Assembly: GCF_006345805.1 (NCBI RefSeq)
Contig: NC_042997.1
Span: 111,972,001 to 112,036,000 of the forward strand
Direction: 5' to 3'
Source: Octopus sinensis
Lineage: Eukaryota
Length of the DNA: 64,000 nt
Position 1 is the first letter of the stretch, and each line of letters begins with the position of its first letter. Made by a program: the position numbers and the translations under genes. This document shows positions 25,176 to 39,812 of the stretch, piece by piece. The notes under the pieces were generated by a model. That model was not told the DNA's origin, made no database searches, and was given only the letters and a program-made list of their open reading frames with translations.

Positions 25176-25405
25176 ATCAAAGGCAGTCAATCAGTACCTT
25201 TTAGTGATTAGGTTAAAGAACTGCAAGAAGCTGTTCTTTTGATCGTGAAAAACGAGGTCAAAGGGTTTATCAATCATAATTAATTAAATTCAAAGGGTTA
25301 TTAGTTGTGTCGCTCCTTCGCTGACGGGTTTGAGACCATTTTGGTACAGCCGTTTTGGCGTCGCCGTTTTGGCGTCGCCGTTTTGGCACCGCTTATTTGA
25401 CGTCA
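25176..25405. promoter_or_regulatory. Candidate enhancer: dense transcription-factor motif cluster
   Basis: ATCAAAG 25176 and TTCAAAG 25289 (TCF/LEF consensus); CAGTCAATCA 25184 and ATCAATCA 25269 (PBX-type); AGGTCA-A-AGGGTT 25255 (DR1-like); TAATTAATTA 25277; TGACGTCA 25398. Confidence 0.35.
25349..25390. repeat. Three tandem 14-bp units GCCGTTTTGGCGTC
   Basis: Units at 25349, 25363 and 25377 (last one variant); resembles subterminal repeats of a DNA transposon. Confidence 0.85.
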
Positions 25406-26096
25406 CTGATACGATGCTGACTTACTTGACATCAGACCTTTTAATATTTCTCTAGTTCTCTCCCTTCTCTTCCTTCTCTCTCTGTTTATATGTGTGGATA
25501 TATTTCTCTTTATGTGAACGAGAAGACGGAAAGTGTTTATAGTAATCGTCTTCAAGTAATAGGTTGTAATTTCTCTCCCTCTCTCCTTTCCTCTCTCTCC
25601 TTGTGTATCTATGTTGTGTATTTCTGCGTGTGCGTGTATGTGTGAATGAGTGTTTGCCTTCAGTGCCAAATCGTCTGCGCCCAAAAAGCTACGCCTAATT
25701 GACCCATTCCACTCTCTAACGAGATATAACTTTATCCGCGGGGGCTTTTTTTATATTACCAGCATTTTCTTATGTTTCTCAAGAGTGCAGACTGTGTGAT
25801 CATTTGTTATGGCTTCAGGGAACAAGAATTTCTTAGGACAGTATATATCTGCAGAAATAATGGACATATATCAGGCGTTGGTTACATATACTAAAGAAGA
25901 CGGCATAAATAGATGATCTGACTTCCCCACATGCAATTCTTCGTGTGTTAAGAGTCTTTGATAGTTTGGCTTCTTTTCAATATTTTATTATTGATAATAA
26001 TTATTGTTCTAAGCGGACTCGTCTCTGATGCTTAATTTCGCGTGCGTAATGTGGTCGCATTAGGTGCCGAGCAATTTTTTTATGCATTTACCTTTT

Positions 26097-26497
26097 ACTC
26101 TTTTACTTGTTTCAGTCATTTGACTGTGGCCATGCTGGAGCACCGCCTTTAGTCGAGAAAATCGACCCCAGTATTAGGCTTCGTAAGCCCGGTACTTATT
26201 CTATTGGTCTCTTTTGCCGAACCGCTAAGTTACGGGGGCACAAACACACCAGCATCGGTTGTCAAGCGATGTTGGGGGGACAAACACAGACACACAAACA
26301 TATACACACACATACATATACATATATATATACATATATACGATGGGTTTCTTTCAGTTTCCGTTTACCAAATCCACTCACAAGGCTTTGGTTGGCCCTA
26401 GGCTATAGTAGAAGACACTTGACCAAAGTGCCACGCAGTGGGATTGAACCCGGAATCATGTGGTTCGTAAGCAAGCTACTACCACACAGCCACTCCT
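26097..26497 (-). mobile_element. SINE S2, full length
   Basis: Near-consensus head, short (CA/TA)n centre and tail in reverse complement. Confidence 0.9.
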
Positions 26498-26905
26498 ACG
26501 CCAAGGCGCGTTTTATACGCCACTAAATATGGTATCTGCAGAAATTATTACAATTGCTGTTTTCCATCCATGTGAAATTTGTTTAAAATTTTGCTTGTTG
26601 AAGGCACCAAAATTCAGTATGGTCAAGGCGGAAGCAAACCTATAAGCGCCTGTGTTAATATATCATGAAAGCATACGGTTGTAATAGAAAAACTCGAATC
26701 TCTCTGCGTTGTCATTCTTACCACCAACTACGACTGTTATAAACACCCTTGTAAACTAATACCTCTGGAGTTTGCCAGCAGAAGTCAGTGGTTTTAATTT
26801 TAGTACATTAAAGTTTGATCCAAGTTAACTTTTACCTTGCGTTACTCAGTCTGCCATTTAATGTATGAAAATTGTCATCCTTGTTAGGGAAAATATATAC
26901 TACAA

Positions 26906-27052
26906 TACATTAGTTACATTATTTACATTTGACAGATATTTGTCCTCATCTTGTTTGTTGTTAACGTTTCGGCTGATATACCCTCCAGCCTTCATCAGGT
27001 GTCATGGGGGAAATTTCGAACCTAGGTTCTCATTCTTAAGGTATTTTTCGAT
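26906..27052 (-). mobile_element. Hammerhead-bearing repeat unit, family A, copy 1
   Basis: Inverted homologue of 27283-27461 and direct homologue of 53141-53300. Confidence 0.85.
26963..27003 (-). ncRNA. Hammerhead motif A1 (core intact, 3' strand of stem I deleted)
   Basis: GACAC-CUGAUGA-A-GGCUG(GAGGGUAUAU)CAGCC-GAAA-CG-UU, followed by AACAAC instead of GUGUU. Confidence 0.7.
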
Positions 27053-27065
27053 GTTGTTGTTGTTG

Positions 27066-27282
<217 letters not shown>

Positions 27283-27286
<4 letters not shown>

Positions 27287-27461
27287 ATCGAGAAAAAACC
27301 CCCTTAGGAATGAGAACCCAGGTTCGAAATTTCCCCAAGACACCTGATGAAGGCTAGAACGTATATCAGCGGAAACGGTGTGCTAACAACACACAAGATG
27401 AAGACAAATATCCGTCAAATGTAAATAATGTACATAATTCCTCATCTCTTAAATATAGAAC
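27283..27461 (+). mobile_element. Hammerhead-bearing repeat unit, family A, copy 2
   Basis: Contains GACAC-CUGAUGA-A-GGCUa...CAGCg-GAAA-CGgU-GUGcU at 27339-27384 (mutated cleavage triplet). Confidence 0.85.
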
Positions 27462-27694
27462 TATATATACTACGATGTGGAAAACTGGATATAATGTCCA
27501 CAGTTCCAAAGACCTCTAAGCACCAGTTACTTGTCTTTGCCACTAGTTCGTTTGTCTTTTAAGAGAACTTGCAGCTTTTATGTGAGGCTGTTGAATTACC
27601 GTTTACCCAGAAAATTTCTAAATTATTTCTCAGCGCGCGACCTATAATGAAGCTTTAACTTCTTAAAAAACAGCAATTACTTTAATTCAGCCGA

Positions 27695-27860
27695 CCAATA
27701 AAATCATGACACGTCATAAAACTTCATTGGCTAATAAACGACCGAAAAGTCTGCTGATGAATATGTAAGATATCTTTAGAAACTCAGAGTCGGCTGTAAC
27801 TCCAGTAGTGTCATGACGGACTCATATAAAGGCGGAAATGTCAGTGATTAATTCAGAACT
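27695..27860 (+). promoter_or_regulatory. Candidate Pol II core promoter
   Basis: CCAAT 27695, palindromic ATGACACGTCAT 27706-27717, ATTGG 27726, TATAAA 27825-27830, Inr-like TCAGA with the A at 27855 (30 nt after TATA). Confidence 0.35.
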
Positions 27861-28890
27861 TGAATCTCTCGTGGACGAACAGGAATTAGTCTGCTAGAAA
27901 ACAAACAAGAAATTAGCTGTATTCAGCCGTAGATCGGGTTTATAGTTTGAAAATAGCCATGGAAGATTCTCATCTTCTGATGTTAGAGTAGAAAATTGTG
28001 CGTTAGTAATGGAGTAGCTAAAGTATACCGCGCCTGTGGCGGCCATTGACTTTGCAGCACCCATCCCTTCGCTCCTACACAGGCTTAAACAGCAGACATA
28101 AAAAGTGCCACTCGTGGTGAACCACCCCGTCCCCATTTCCAAGCTACTGAAATGGTTTGAGAAAAAAACTCTGAACGGTCTCCAGCTCATCTGCAGTTGC
28201 ATTTTTGTGGGGTCAGAGTTGTTATTTCTACAAGAAATTCCCTTAATGTCCAGCCCAGTTATTTTATGTGTTAGAAAAGTGGAACCTTTCACGGGTCTAT
28301 ATATTCTTGAAAACACCAGCGATCACTTTTATTCTCTGTACGATCTTTACTCGTGTTTCGTCAAACTTTGAAGAATTCATCATTAAAATTTCTTTAAAAT
28401 TGCTCGCCGACACAGGCGAATTCCTGCAGGTTCAATTGAACCAATCGTGCCTAACCCAAAGATGATATGATATTAATGGTTTCAGTTAATCTGAAAGTAC
28501 CGTTTAAGAAATATTGTCTACTAGAATCAGTGATTAAAGACCGCCCGTATGAATTTCTATTCAATTTGTGTCTAATCTCATCAATATTTAACTAGCGCTA
28601 CTCGTAGAAACTCCTGGCCCATTTTGTGGTACAGTGTCAGCCATTAACATTTCCTGATTCAGTAATAATATGCGGTCATTTCTTCCGTAATCCTTTGAAT
28701 AATTTCTAAGAATTCTTGTCTGTTTTCTTCCGTCAGGTTTTCTCGTCTGTCCTGTTTTCTCATTCTGATTTGTACAAAATAGCCTTGCCTAACATCATCG
28801 TTCATATTTTATTCTTTCCTGACTAACCACAACTTCGTTGTTCATCATACAATTCTCTCTCTCTTCCTCTCTCCCTCTTGCTCGCGCGCG

Positions 28891-28973
<83 letters not shown>

Positions 28974-29239
28974 TTACCACCAAGGTGTACACATCATACT
29001 TCAGTGCCAGGAAGTACTTCAACCTTTCAGAACTACCAAATCTCTACAAAGCTCTAAACTGTGACGCTCACAATGGAGTAATGCCACCGCTTCGGTATAG
29101 GATTGTTACTATATCTCACCATGTCCTACACCACATTCCCACCCACCAAAAAAAAAAAGGGGCCACCAATACCTTCCAAAATTAAGATCACTGATATATT
29201 GTCACTTCCTTGTAACTTTTCTATCATTATCATTATTTT

Positions 29240-29660
<421 letters not shown>

Positions 29661-30102
29661 CATTCTGATTAGGTCTTTGCTTTCGGAATAACTCCCTCAC
29701 TTCCTGTACATGTGTCAGAAGCCTTAAAAGGGGTCATAGGAGTTACCCTTCCTTCTCTGACTAAACCTTTAAACACATAGATAGGCACACACAGACACGC
29801 GCGCGCGCACGCACACAGACATACACAGACACACAGACACACAGACACACATACACACACAAGTATTGTGTTCCTTTAAATATCTTTAATTTCTCTAATG
29901 GTTTCTGCAAGAACTGCGAAATATTAGGAAAAGCACCGCTGCTTCGATTACTTCCCAAGTGACATAGTTCTGCTCCAGCTGGGCTCCAGTTGGACTATTA
30001 ATGGTTAAACTGAACAAAACTAAACAAAACTGGAACAGTCTGGCTTATTCCTTAACAATAATGTAGCTTTCAGTATTTTTATTCAAGCAATTCAAGGGGC
30101 AG

Positions 30103-30495
30103 TTAAGGCGGCGAGCTGGCAGACACGTTAGCACGCCGGGCGAAATGCTTAGCGGTATTTCGTCTGCCGTTACGTTCTGAGTTCAAATTCCGTCGAGGTC
30201 GACTTTGCCTTTCATTCTTTCGGGATCGATAAATTAAATACCAGTTACGTACTGGGGTCGATGTAATCGACTTAATCCGTTTGTCTGTCCTTGTTTGTCC
30301 CCTCTGTGTTTAGCCCCTTGTGGGTAGTAAAGAAATAGGTATTTCGTCTGTCGCTACGTTCTGAGTTCAAATTCTGCCGAAGTCAACTTTACCTTTCATC
30401 CTTTCGGGGTCGATGAATTAAGAACTAGTTGCGTACTAGGGTCGATCTAATCGAGTGGCCCCCTCCCCCAAAATTTCGGGCCTTGTGCCAAGAGT
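30103..30495 (+). mobile_element. Tandem pair of SINE S1 (full copy + 5'-truncated copy)
   Basis: Near-consensus, CpG-rich copy 30103-30340, followed directly by a second core with an alternative 3' end. Confidence 0.9.
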
Positions 30496-31025
30496 AGAAA
30501 AGAATTCAAGGGTCATTTTTATTAATTTTCTTTAAAATTTTCTTATCTCCTTCAGCCATTTTCTGTGATATATTTCAGAATAAACGTTGAAGAAAAAGCG
30601 ACAACACGGTATTTTGTTCGGTTGATTCGGCTGGAAATAAAAATGAAACAAAATAGAATGAAAATGAAAATAAATATAGAATAAAGAAAATGGTCTGGTA
30701 AAATGTTTGATTTAATCTAAAAATTGATTCAGTATAGAATTTAATTAGCTATTAATTCATTCACAGTACGCCATCAAATATATTTTTCAACACATTTATT
30801 TTGTAATTCGTTGGTTAATAATTGCTGTGAGGTTGTACTGAATAAACTTCAACAGAGCGAAATACGTCTGGAGTTATCCAGACAATGCATAAGACACCAA
30901 GGCTCTAAATTTCACACACAGGATCTTGATCGACCCGAGGTTAAGATAGAAGAGGCTTGCTTAAGGTTAAAAAGAGTGGGATCGAACCCAAAACTACATG
31001 GTTTTGAAGATAATCTCTCAATCGT

Positions 31026-31142
31026 AAAGGCGGCGAGCTGGCAGAAAGGTTAGCACGCCGGGCGAAATGCGTAGCCGTATTTCGTCTGCCGTTACGTTCT
31101 GAGTTCAAATTCCGCCGAGGTCGATTTTGTCTTTCATCTTGT
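31026..31142 (+). mobile_element. SINE S1, 3'-truncated
   Basis: AAGGCGGCGAGCTGGCAGAA...GAGTTCAAATTCCGCCGAGGTCGA. Confidence 0.85.
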
Positions 31143-31527
31143 TCCACTCGATGTGTATTCAATGCAGGTCCATTTATTCACCTATTCCGGGTTAAGAAAC
31201 AATTATGGAAACTTATCTAAAATATTGGTGTGGCCATTATGAACGCAGCACGCAGCCCACCAATGCGGTTATTCACCTGTAACTATTTCATAACTCTTAA
31301 GCCCATACTAAACCAGCCAACATAAGCATGACTGTCACGTTATTCCTTTCTATCTGTTGTAACGTATAAACTTCCAAAGCTGTGTAACAAAATGGCCGTG
31401 AAGGACCTTTCCTTGGCATCGTTTTATCATGACATCCTGTGCTCCCATTTCTAGTTTTAGTTTTACACAATTTCTTTTGTTGTTTCTTCTTTCTCCTAAA
31501 AACTGTTACTTCAGCCTCTGTTTTGTA

Positions 31528-32091
31528 TTGGGTTGTCCGGAAAGTTCGTGCCGATTTATAGTACCTTACCTTTCGACTTATTTTATAACATGGTTGAGTC
31601 CATAAAATAGGATTTGACTACACCTCCATTTATAGCACAGTTTAAGTTGTCTTTTCGTGGAAGAAGGTTTATGTTCCTATAAGCAGTGTTAATTCTGTAA
31701 CCCTTTAAAATGGAAGATAAGAAAGTTCATTTTCGGCACTTGATGCTTTGGGAACCAGACAAAAATTGCTGCAGCTCGGCTGGGATGTGTAACCCCACCC
31801 TCCATATTCACCAGATATTGCTCCTTCAGATTTCCACCTATTCAGGTCTCTGCAGAATAGTCTTAATGGTAAAAAATTCAATTCCTTGGATGACGTAAAA
31901 AATACCTTGATGAATTCTTTGCCATGAAACCACCTCAATTCTGGGAAGAGGGTATTTTCAAGTTAAATGAAAGACGGAGACGCATTGTGCAACAAAACGG
32001 TTCATATTTGGTTGATTAAAAATGTAATGGCAAGTGTTTATTGACCTTTTCTTTCCTTTAAAAATCGGTACGAACTTTCCGGACAATCCAA
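31528..32091 (+). mobile_element. Non-autonomous mariner (internal deletion), both TIRs and TA duplication intact
   Basis: 30-bp TIRs TTGGGTTGTCCGGAAAGTTCGTGCCGATTT (2 mismatches), TA on both sides; MEDKKVHFRHLMLW fused to HPPYSPDIAPSDFHLFRSLQN. Confidence 0.92.
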
Positions 32092-32627
32092 TATTTTTGG
32101 CTTCGTGATGATACCTTTCTTATTCGTATTTCATGGCTAATTCTATCAATTTTCTATTATTTTTTACAGGAGATTTTTATAGTAACACAGTTGATATCTT
32201 AATGTTAGTTTCCTTATTCCTAACGCTCCAACTTGTGTGCATTCGTGGTAAATTGAATTCTTCTTTGTTAGATTGTAGGTCATATATCTTAAATGTTATC
32301 ATTCTTTTCACGTTTTTTTTTTCTATCTCGTTTTGCCAGTTCATTAACATCCATTTGAGAATATTATAACTTCAAATTATTACTGAGATAACTCGAGTGT
32401 TAGTGTCTATTACCTATCTTTTGCATTTAGCTTTGTTTCAGGTATTAATATAATGCAGAGGTTCACAAACATTTTGGGCCACTGCCCCCTCATGACCACA
32501 TAATATCCACAGCACCCCCATCCCTGTTTCTATGTATAAATAAATATTCTATATTTTACTAATTTATATATACTATGAATCATTTGATATTTAATATAAT
32601 ATTATATAATTTGTATACAATACTTTT

Positions 32628-32720
32628 ATAGTGGAGGCACATAGCCTAGTAGTCAGAGCAGGTTCGAATCTCAGACCGGACGATATGTGTGTTTATGAGC
32701 GAAAACACCTAAGCTCCACG
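32628..32720 (+). mobile_element. SINE family S4 head, truncated
   Basis: GGAGGCACATAGCCTAGTAGTCAGAGCA..GGTTCGAATCTCAGACC; homologous to 51715-51840 (minus). Confidence 0.7.
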
Positions 32721-33587
32721 TGCTAAGACAGATTGAGGGTGGTGAGAGAGCAAGAGGTTTTGGACAGTCGGTTTTTGGAAGTCAAAGCGAGCGGTTGGAA
32801 TTTTAGGAGCGAGGATTTGGGAATTCGGGGCAAGAGTTTGGCAAGTTGGAGCTAGCAGTACTGAGAGAGATGAGGTGCAATATGAGGCGTTGGCTAATGT
32901 AAGGTACGTGAATTGTATATTGATATGTGAAGAAAAAGAAGGAAAAGGAATCGATGTATCGAAATGTTGAAAAGAAATGAGACAGTAAAAAGGAATTTAA
33001 TGAACAATGTGAATTGAGTAAAGGACTTGTCGATGTGTCGATTATCGAGTTGTGGTATTTATGTTCAGAATTGTGTTGATACATGTTACAAAAGAAAGTA
33101 GAAAAAGACTTTAAAGAACTGCGAACGTTATTTGTTTAATTGGATTTGAACATTGATTTGTAACGTGAATTATTTGTGACATGAACATTGTATACCTGTT
33201 TCTTGCATGTGTTTTCTTTAATTGCTGTTGTTATTGAACTTGATGTGTTGTTACCGGACGGTTATATTGTATCTGCATGTTGTTAAATGCTTTGATCTGT
33301 GGTATACCTGTATGATGTATTGAGTTGTTACTTGCATGTCCTCTTTTAAATGTACCTGATATGTATTTGATGTTGTAACAATTGATTGTCATATAAACTA
33401 GTTGTTAAATGTAAGCCAATTGCCTTGCCTCTTTGTGCCTCTCTCGGTTGCCTCTGTGCTGCTGCTGCTGCTGTTGTTGTTGTATCTCTCCTCTCCTCAC
33501 CGAGTTTCCGTGGCGAAAACATTCGCTGCATCGAACGGGCCTGTGTGAGGGATTCCGTAACAGTTCGACGGAGGTCCCCTCGTAACA
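32721..33587. mobile_element. Solo-LTR-like segment
   Basis: TGCTA...CGTAACA termini; begins exactly where the S4 SINE is cut; no TSD found. Confidence 0.4.
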
Positions 33588-33623
33588 ATATATATATATA
33601 TATTATATATATATATATATATA

Positions 33624-33670
<47 letters not shown>

Positions 33671-33924
33671 ACTTATTAAAATTATATATATATAAGGGGA
33701 GTCAACAAAAGTGCTTAGGGCCTGTATGAATCTTAATCCGGTCCTCGGCCTGCCCCATAATACCAGGCGAAAAGGATTGTAAAAGTATGTTTTTGTTATG
33801 TTATTATACTAGGAGGTGATTAAATACAGTATATGTTATAGTATCAGTGGTAGATGAATTGTGTGCTGAGTGAGCTGTGTATTGGATGGTGATTGTATGG
33901 ACCAGGAGTCAGCCAACGCTTAAT

Positions 33925-34590
33925 AGCCATTGACCCTCTTCATGAAATCGTTGAGAACTTATAGACTCCCATCTTGTAAATTTCCACACCTCGAATACTG
34001 CTGCCCACTGTTGTCTCCTTATACAAAACGAAACATCTTGAACACTGAATCACTCCAGAGGGTATTCACTAAACGAATTAAGGGAATGACTGATTTCGAT
34101 TACTGGAGCCGCCTTCAAGCACTGAAACTCTGTCCTCTCCAGCGCCGCCGCGAGCGATACATCATTTGCACGGTGTGGAGAATATACTACCAGCATTGCC
34201 CAAACAACCTCAGTATTAGCTTCAAAATTCATCCAAGGCTAGGACCACGGGTCATACGTCCCCTACGCAATTCAGGATCACAACACATAAATACACTGCA
34301 ACACAATTTCTTTTCCTCAACAGGCCCTGCCCTATTTAACATTGTCCCAAAACAGATCAAAGCGGAAAAGGATCCCATCACCTTTGAACGGAATCTGGAC
34401 AAATTTCTTCAAGGAACATCGGATGAGCCACCTATACGTGGATACAACTCACTCAGCAGGAACTCCTTACACGAATGGACCATGACACCACAAAACTTGA
34501 TTTTAAAAGGATTTAGCTAATCCTATCAGGTGCTGCTATTAAGTTAGACATGGCCTGGACCAATCTTTGGTCAAAACATATCTAAGTTTT
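33925..34590 (+). mobile_element. CR1-clade LINE 3' end
   Basis: ORF 33930-34520: PHLEYCCPLLSPY...ESLQRVFTKRI..FDYWSRLQALKL..LQRRRERY; same 3' UTR as 2449-2937. Confidence 0.9.
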
Positions 34591-34644
34591 ATATCTTTTA
34601 TCTTTCACGTTTACTGTTTCGGTCATTAGACTGCAGCCATGCCG

Positions 34645-35138
34645 AAAATAATCTTTTCTACTCTAGGCGCAAGTCCCGAAATTTTGTGGGAGGGCACCAG
34701 TCGATTAAATCGACCCTAGTACGCAACTGGTATTTAATTTATCGAACGCGAAAGGATGAAAGGCAAAGTCTACCTCAGCGGAATTTGAGCTCAGAACGTA
34801 AAAAACAGACGAAATACCGCTAAGCATTTCGCCCGGCGTGCTAACGATTCTGCTAGCTTGCCGCCTTGTCATGCCGAAAATCTTTCTTGATTTAAAAGTT
34901 TCTTCATTCTTTTGTCTTTTTAAATATATAAAAAAAATTAATGGAAATATTTAACGAAATACTCTATTTGTTTCAGTCATTTGACTGTGGCCATACTGGA
35001 GCACCGCCTTAAATCGAACAATTTGACCCCGGGAATTATTCTTTTTAAGCCTAGTACTTATTCTATCGGTATCTTTGCCGAACTGCTAAGTTACGGGGAC
35101 GTAAACACAAAAACACCGGTGTCAAGTGATGGGAACAA

Positions 35139-35225
<87 letters not shown>

Positions 35226-35432
35226 ATGTATATATATTTCTTTATTGCCCACAGGGGGCTAAACACAGAGGGGACAAACAAGGAGAGATAAAGGGATTAA
35301 GTCGATTACATCGACCCCAGTGCGTTACTGGTACTTATTTAATCGAACCCAAAAGGATGAAAGGCAAAGTGGACCTCGGCAGAATGTGAACTCAGAACGT
35401 AACGGCAGACGAAATACCGCTAAATATTTCGC
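34645..35432 (-). mobile_element. SINE cluster: S1 (34645-34867), S2 tail (34960-35140), S1 (35245-35432)
   Basis: Reverse-complement matches to the family motifs. Confidence 0.8.
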
Positions 35433-35478
35433 CGCCAAACTGAAAGAAGCCCGTCGTGTGTGTGTGTGTGTGTATGTA

Positions 35479-36654
35479 TCTCTATATATATAAAACTGAG
35501 AATGTGTGTGTGTCTGTCTGTCTGTCTGTGTGTTTCCCTAAAACTTGAGAACTACACAACCAATTTCATTCAAATTTTACACATGCCTTACTTAGGGTCC
35601 GGGGAGTGTCATCGGCAAAACATTTTTTTAACTTTTTGCCTAGGGCGAGCCCATAGCAATATCATATCTTCTCCACTACGATTCCCTAAAACTTGAGAAC
35701 TACACAACCAATTTCATTCAAATTTTACACATGCCTTACTTAGGGTCCATGTAGTTTCATGGGCAAAAAAAATGTTCAACTTCTTGCCTAGAGCGAGCCC
35801 ATAGCAATATCATATCTTCTCCACTATTTAAGTATTACGTGTTAAAAGTGAAACAAAAACATTTCTCTATTTTATGTCAGATGCTTTCACTTTAACAATA
35901 AAAATAATAATAACAATTGAATTATATGTAGAAAGTAATAATTAAAATCAAACTAAAGTATAATATAATCGTAACATAACAAAAGTAAAAATAGCAATTG
36001 GTATAAAATTGCATCAATGACTTGAAGTGGTTTCACATGAATGGGAATAAATTAAAAATAAAATTAGCGTGCAGAAATGGAATGGTCTAGGTGGATAGTA
36101 AAAAATTAAATTAAAGAAAAGACTATTGTCTATAAAGTATACAATGTAGAGAAAAAACAAGATTTGAACATCTGGAGGAAAGCACCATCGAAAAGTGTCT
36201 TGGTACGACTATGAAAGATATCTAACCAGAGGCGGTAAATTCGCCACAATAGAAGCAAGGTTCGAGTCAACGGAGCGTGCAAGGGAGTACTCGACTCGAA
36301 CTTGCAAAGTGAAAATATTTTAATTTTACCTTTATATCTGGGACGTAGGACGTCCCGGATAAAAATTAAAAATGCCTCCCCCCAGCAGTAGAGGTAGGTT
36401 GGATTGTAGCCACACTTCTATACAAGAGGGAGGACAAGATACAATTGATCGAAATTGCAAGAGACGGGCTTACAATTCCAGTCTGTTATATATTTTGAGT
36501 ATTGTTATCACTAGCGATATCAAGATATAACTTTGTATTTTGTATTTTAGGTGTAGATATATATATATAGATGTACATGTAATATGTACACATATATATA
36601 CACATATATACATGCACTAGCACTATGACCCGGCAACGACGTGTCATAATGCTA

Positions 36655-36655
<1 letters not shown>
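35479..36655 (+). mobile_element. Non-autonomous Helitron family X, copy 2 (both ends present)
   Basis: A|TCTCTATATATATAAAACTGAG start; ~145-bp internal tandem duplication; captured coding-like segment 36130-36486; ATGACCCGGCAACGACGTGTCAT hairpin + GCTAG|T end at 36655. Confidence 0.85.
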
Positions 36656-36684
<29 letters not shown>

Positions 36685-36690
<6 letters not shown>

Positions 36691-36828
36691 CCACTCACAA
36701 AGCTTTAGTTGGCCCGAGGCTATAGTAGAAAACACTTGGCCAAGGTGCCACCCACGCAGTGGGACTGAACCCGGAACTATGAGGGTGGTAGGCAAGCTAC
36801 TTACCACACAGCCAATCCTGCGCCTATG
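36685..36828 (-). mobile_element. SINE S2 head
   Basis: Reverse complement of the S2 head. Confidence 0.8.
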
Positions 36829-37148
36829 ATAAGGAACATGAAAAATCCAGTGACATCATATTGATATAATCCAAATATTTAATATGAAATATGTGTTTGG
36901 TGAATAATAATTATAACAACGATATTTAGATGGAAAGAAGTAAGTTTTAGCCTCAAATTACCGCGGTTTTCAGTTTTAGTTCGCTGATAATTCAGCACCA
37001 TTAATGTTCGAAATCATTTCAAGTGTTTATCAATCCCTTGGATAGCCTCACAAATACCCAACCACAAAACTGACCACTTTTCTGATTACTGGTATTGAGT
37101 GTGTGTTGTGTGAGTTGTATTGTAGTGTTAGTTGGTGATTGTTTAGAC

Positions 37149-38155
<1,007 letters not shown>

Positions 38156-38529
38156 GTGTAGACTATGAACTAGTGAATAGGAAAGGCCTGTAAATAGAAA
38201 AGGATGACCAGCGAGTTTTAATACGACCAACTCGTCCAAATCCTGAAATAGCTCACTGCTGAGACTGAATATATCAGAAGACGAATAGGTGGAAAAGGTA
38301 AGAAACTATGAAACGGAGGAGAGGCAATATGGCCCATATAGACCAGGGATAACTCTTGGTCTAAGTTAAATTTTCTTGCCTTTAAATAACCGTCGGCCCA
38401 GAAGTGTTTAGAGTGTAGAAAAATTGCACATTTCTTCCGGAAGTTGCCGCCGCAGTTAAATATATGCCAGCCACTGCTGATTGGTCAAACTCTATAAGCG
38501 TTAATAACTTTTATGGCAACTTTTACCTT

Positions 38530-38950
38530 TTATGGAATAGCCTGCTCGTGAAATTAACGTGCAAGCGGCTGAGCACTCCACGGACATGCATATCCTTATG
38601 GAACTACCTTTTTATGGGGGGTAAGTAGGCCAATCCATCCTCATTTTTCATTATATCCTTAATTCATTCGATATGTGTTTTATGTTCCCTATTGTATTGT
38701 CTTGTCTGTTAATTAGGCCTTGTGACTAATTAAAGAAATAAGGACATACATACCCCTAATGTAGTTCTCTGGGAAATCCGGTGTAACACAGAATGCGACA
38801 AGGCTGGTCCCTTTGAATTACAAGTACAACTCATTTTTGCCAGCTGAGTGGACTGGAGCCACGTGAAATAAAGTGTGTTGCTTTCTTTTTATGTGCCGCC
38901 AGGAATCGAACACACGGCCTGACGACCGGGAGCCGCATACCTTAACTACG
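38530..38950 (-). mobile_element. SINE family S3 with internal insertion
   Basis: GCCTGCTCGTGAAATTAACGTGCAAG..GCTGAGTGGACTGGAGC; homologous to 41828-42142 and 57110-57428. Confidence 0.8.
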
Positions 38951-39592
38951 TCTTGATCCTACACTGGAAAAATCTGAGAACTATGGAACTAGTCTCTATC
39001 GGGTTCACGAATTACGAAAACCGTATGTCGACGTAAGGTATTTAAAAACAAAATGATGCGAAAATGACTGCTGCTTTTCTTGTGCATCAGAATCGATCGA
39101 AAAAAAACTAGGAGATGATTGATTGAAAAGAAAACAGATGGGACATGTAATAAATCAAAGGGAAAACTCGGAACAGGTTTATGAAAAAGATACCAACAAT
39201 TGGGAAGATAATAACCAGGAAATAAAAGAGAATCTAGATTAACAGGGATCAAATGAAAGATCAGGTGATTCGATATCTAAAGTGGAATATTATTTATTGT
39301 TAGTTTAGTTTGGGATTACAAGTAGAGGAAACTGTAATAAACTGTTTATTAACGTCCGTGAAATGTGGAAGATTAGAGACAGTTTATCTTAAGACAGCAG
39401 ATCGCAGTAAACTTTATTAGTTAATACTTCAAGTGTGAAATTTTCTATACAAAATTATGAATAAAAATATCCTTGAAACTAGATATTTGAAAATTGTTAA
39501 GTATGTAGGTTATTGAAACATTGCGGTTTTGACAAAGAAATATTAGAAATAATAAAAATGGCGAGGAGTTTGCAGAAAGGGTGAGGATTTAA

Positions 39593-39812
39593 CCTTTTAG
39601 CATTCAGATTATTTTGTCAAGTGTGATTCTTATTTATTCATATTGCTTTGAGGTAATCATGCATTATCTGAAAACATCAACATTTCGATGATATTATTAT
39701 TTATTTCCAGAATGACATTGTAAGGTAGGTGTGAGAGGCTGGATATGACCAGTTTGAACTTAAAACAAGTGGAATATTTGGTCCTGATTTGGTCAGTTTA
39801 AGTGGTAAAGGG
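39593..39812. mobile_element. piggyBac-like MITE
   Basis: TTAA|CCTTTTAGCATT ... AGTGGTAAAGGG|TTGA; degenerate TIRs in a TTAA-like context. Confidence 0.5.

Noticed and set aside
27894-28316. 140-aa minus ORF in unique sequence
   Set aside because: Starts at GTG, has no recognisable motif and is within chance expectation; needs a BLASTP or RNA check to revive.
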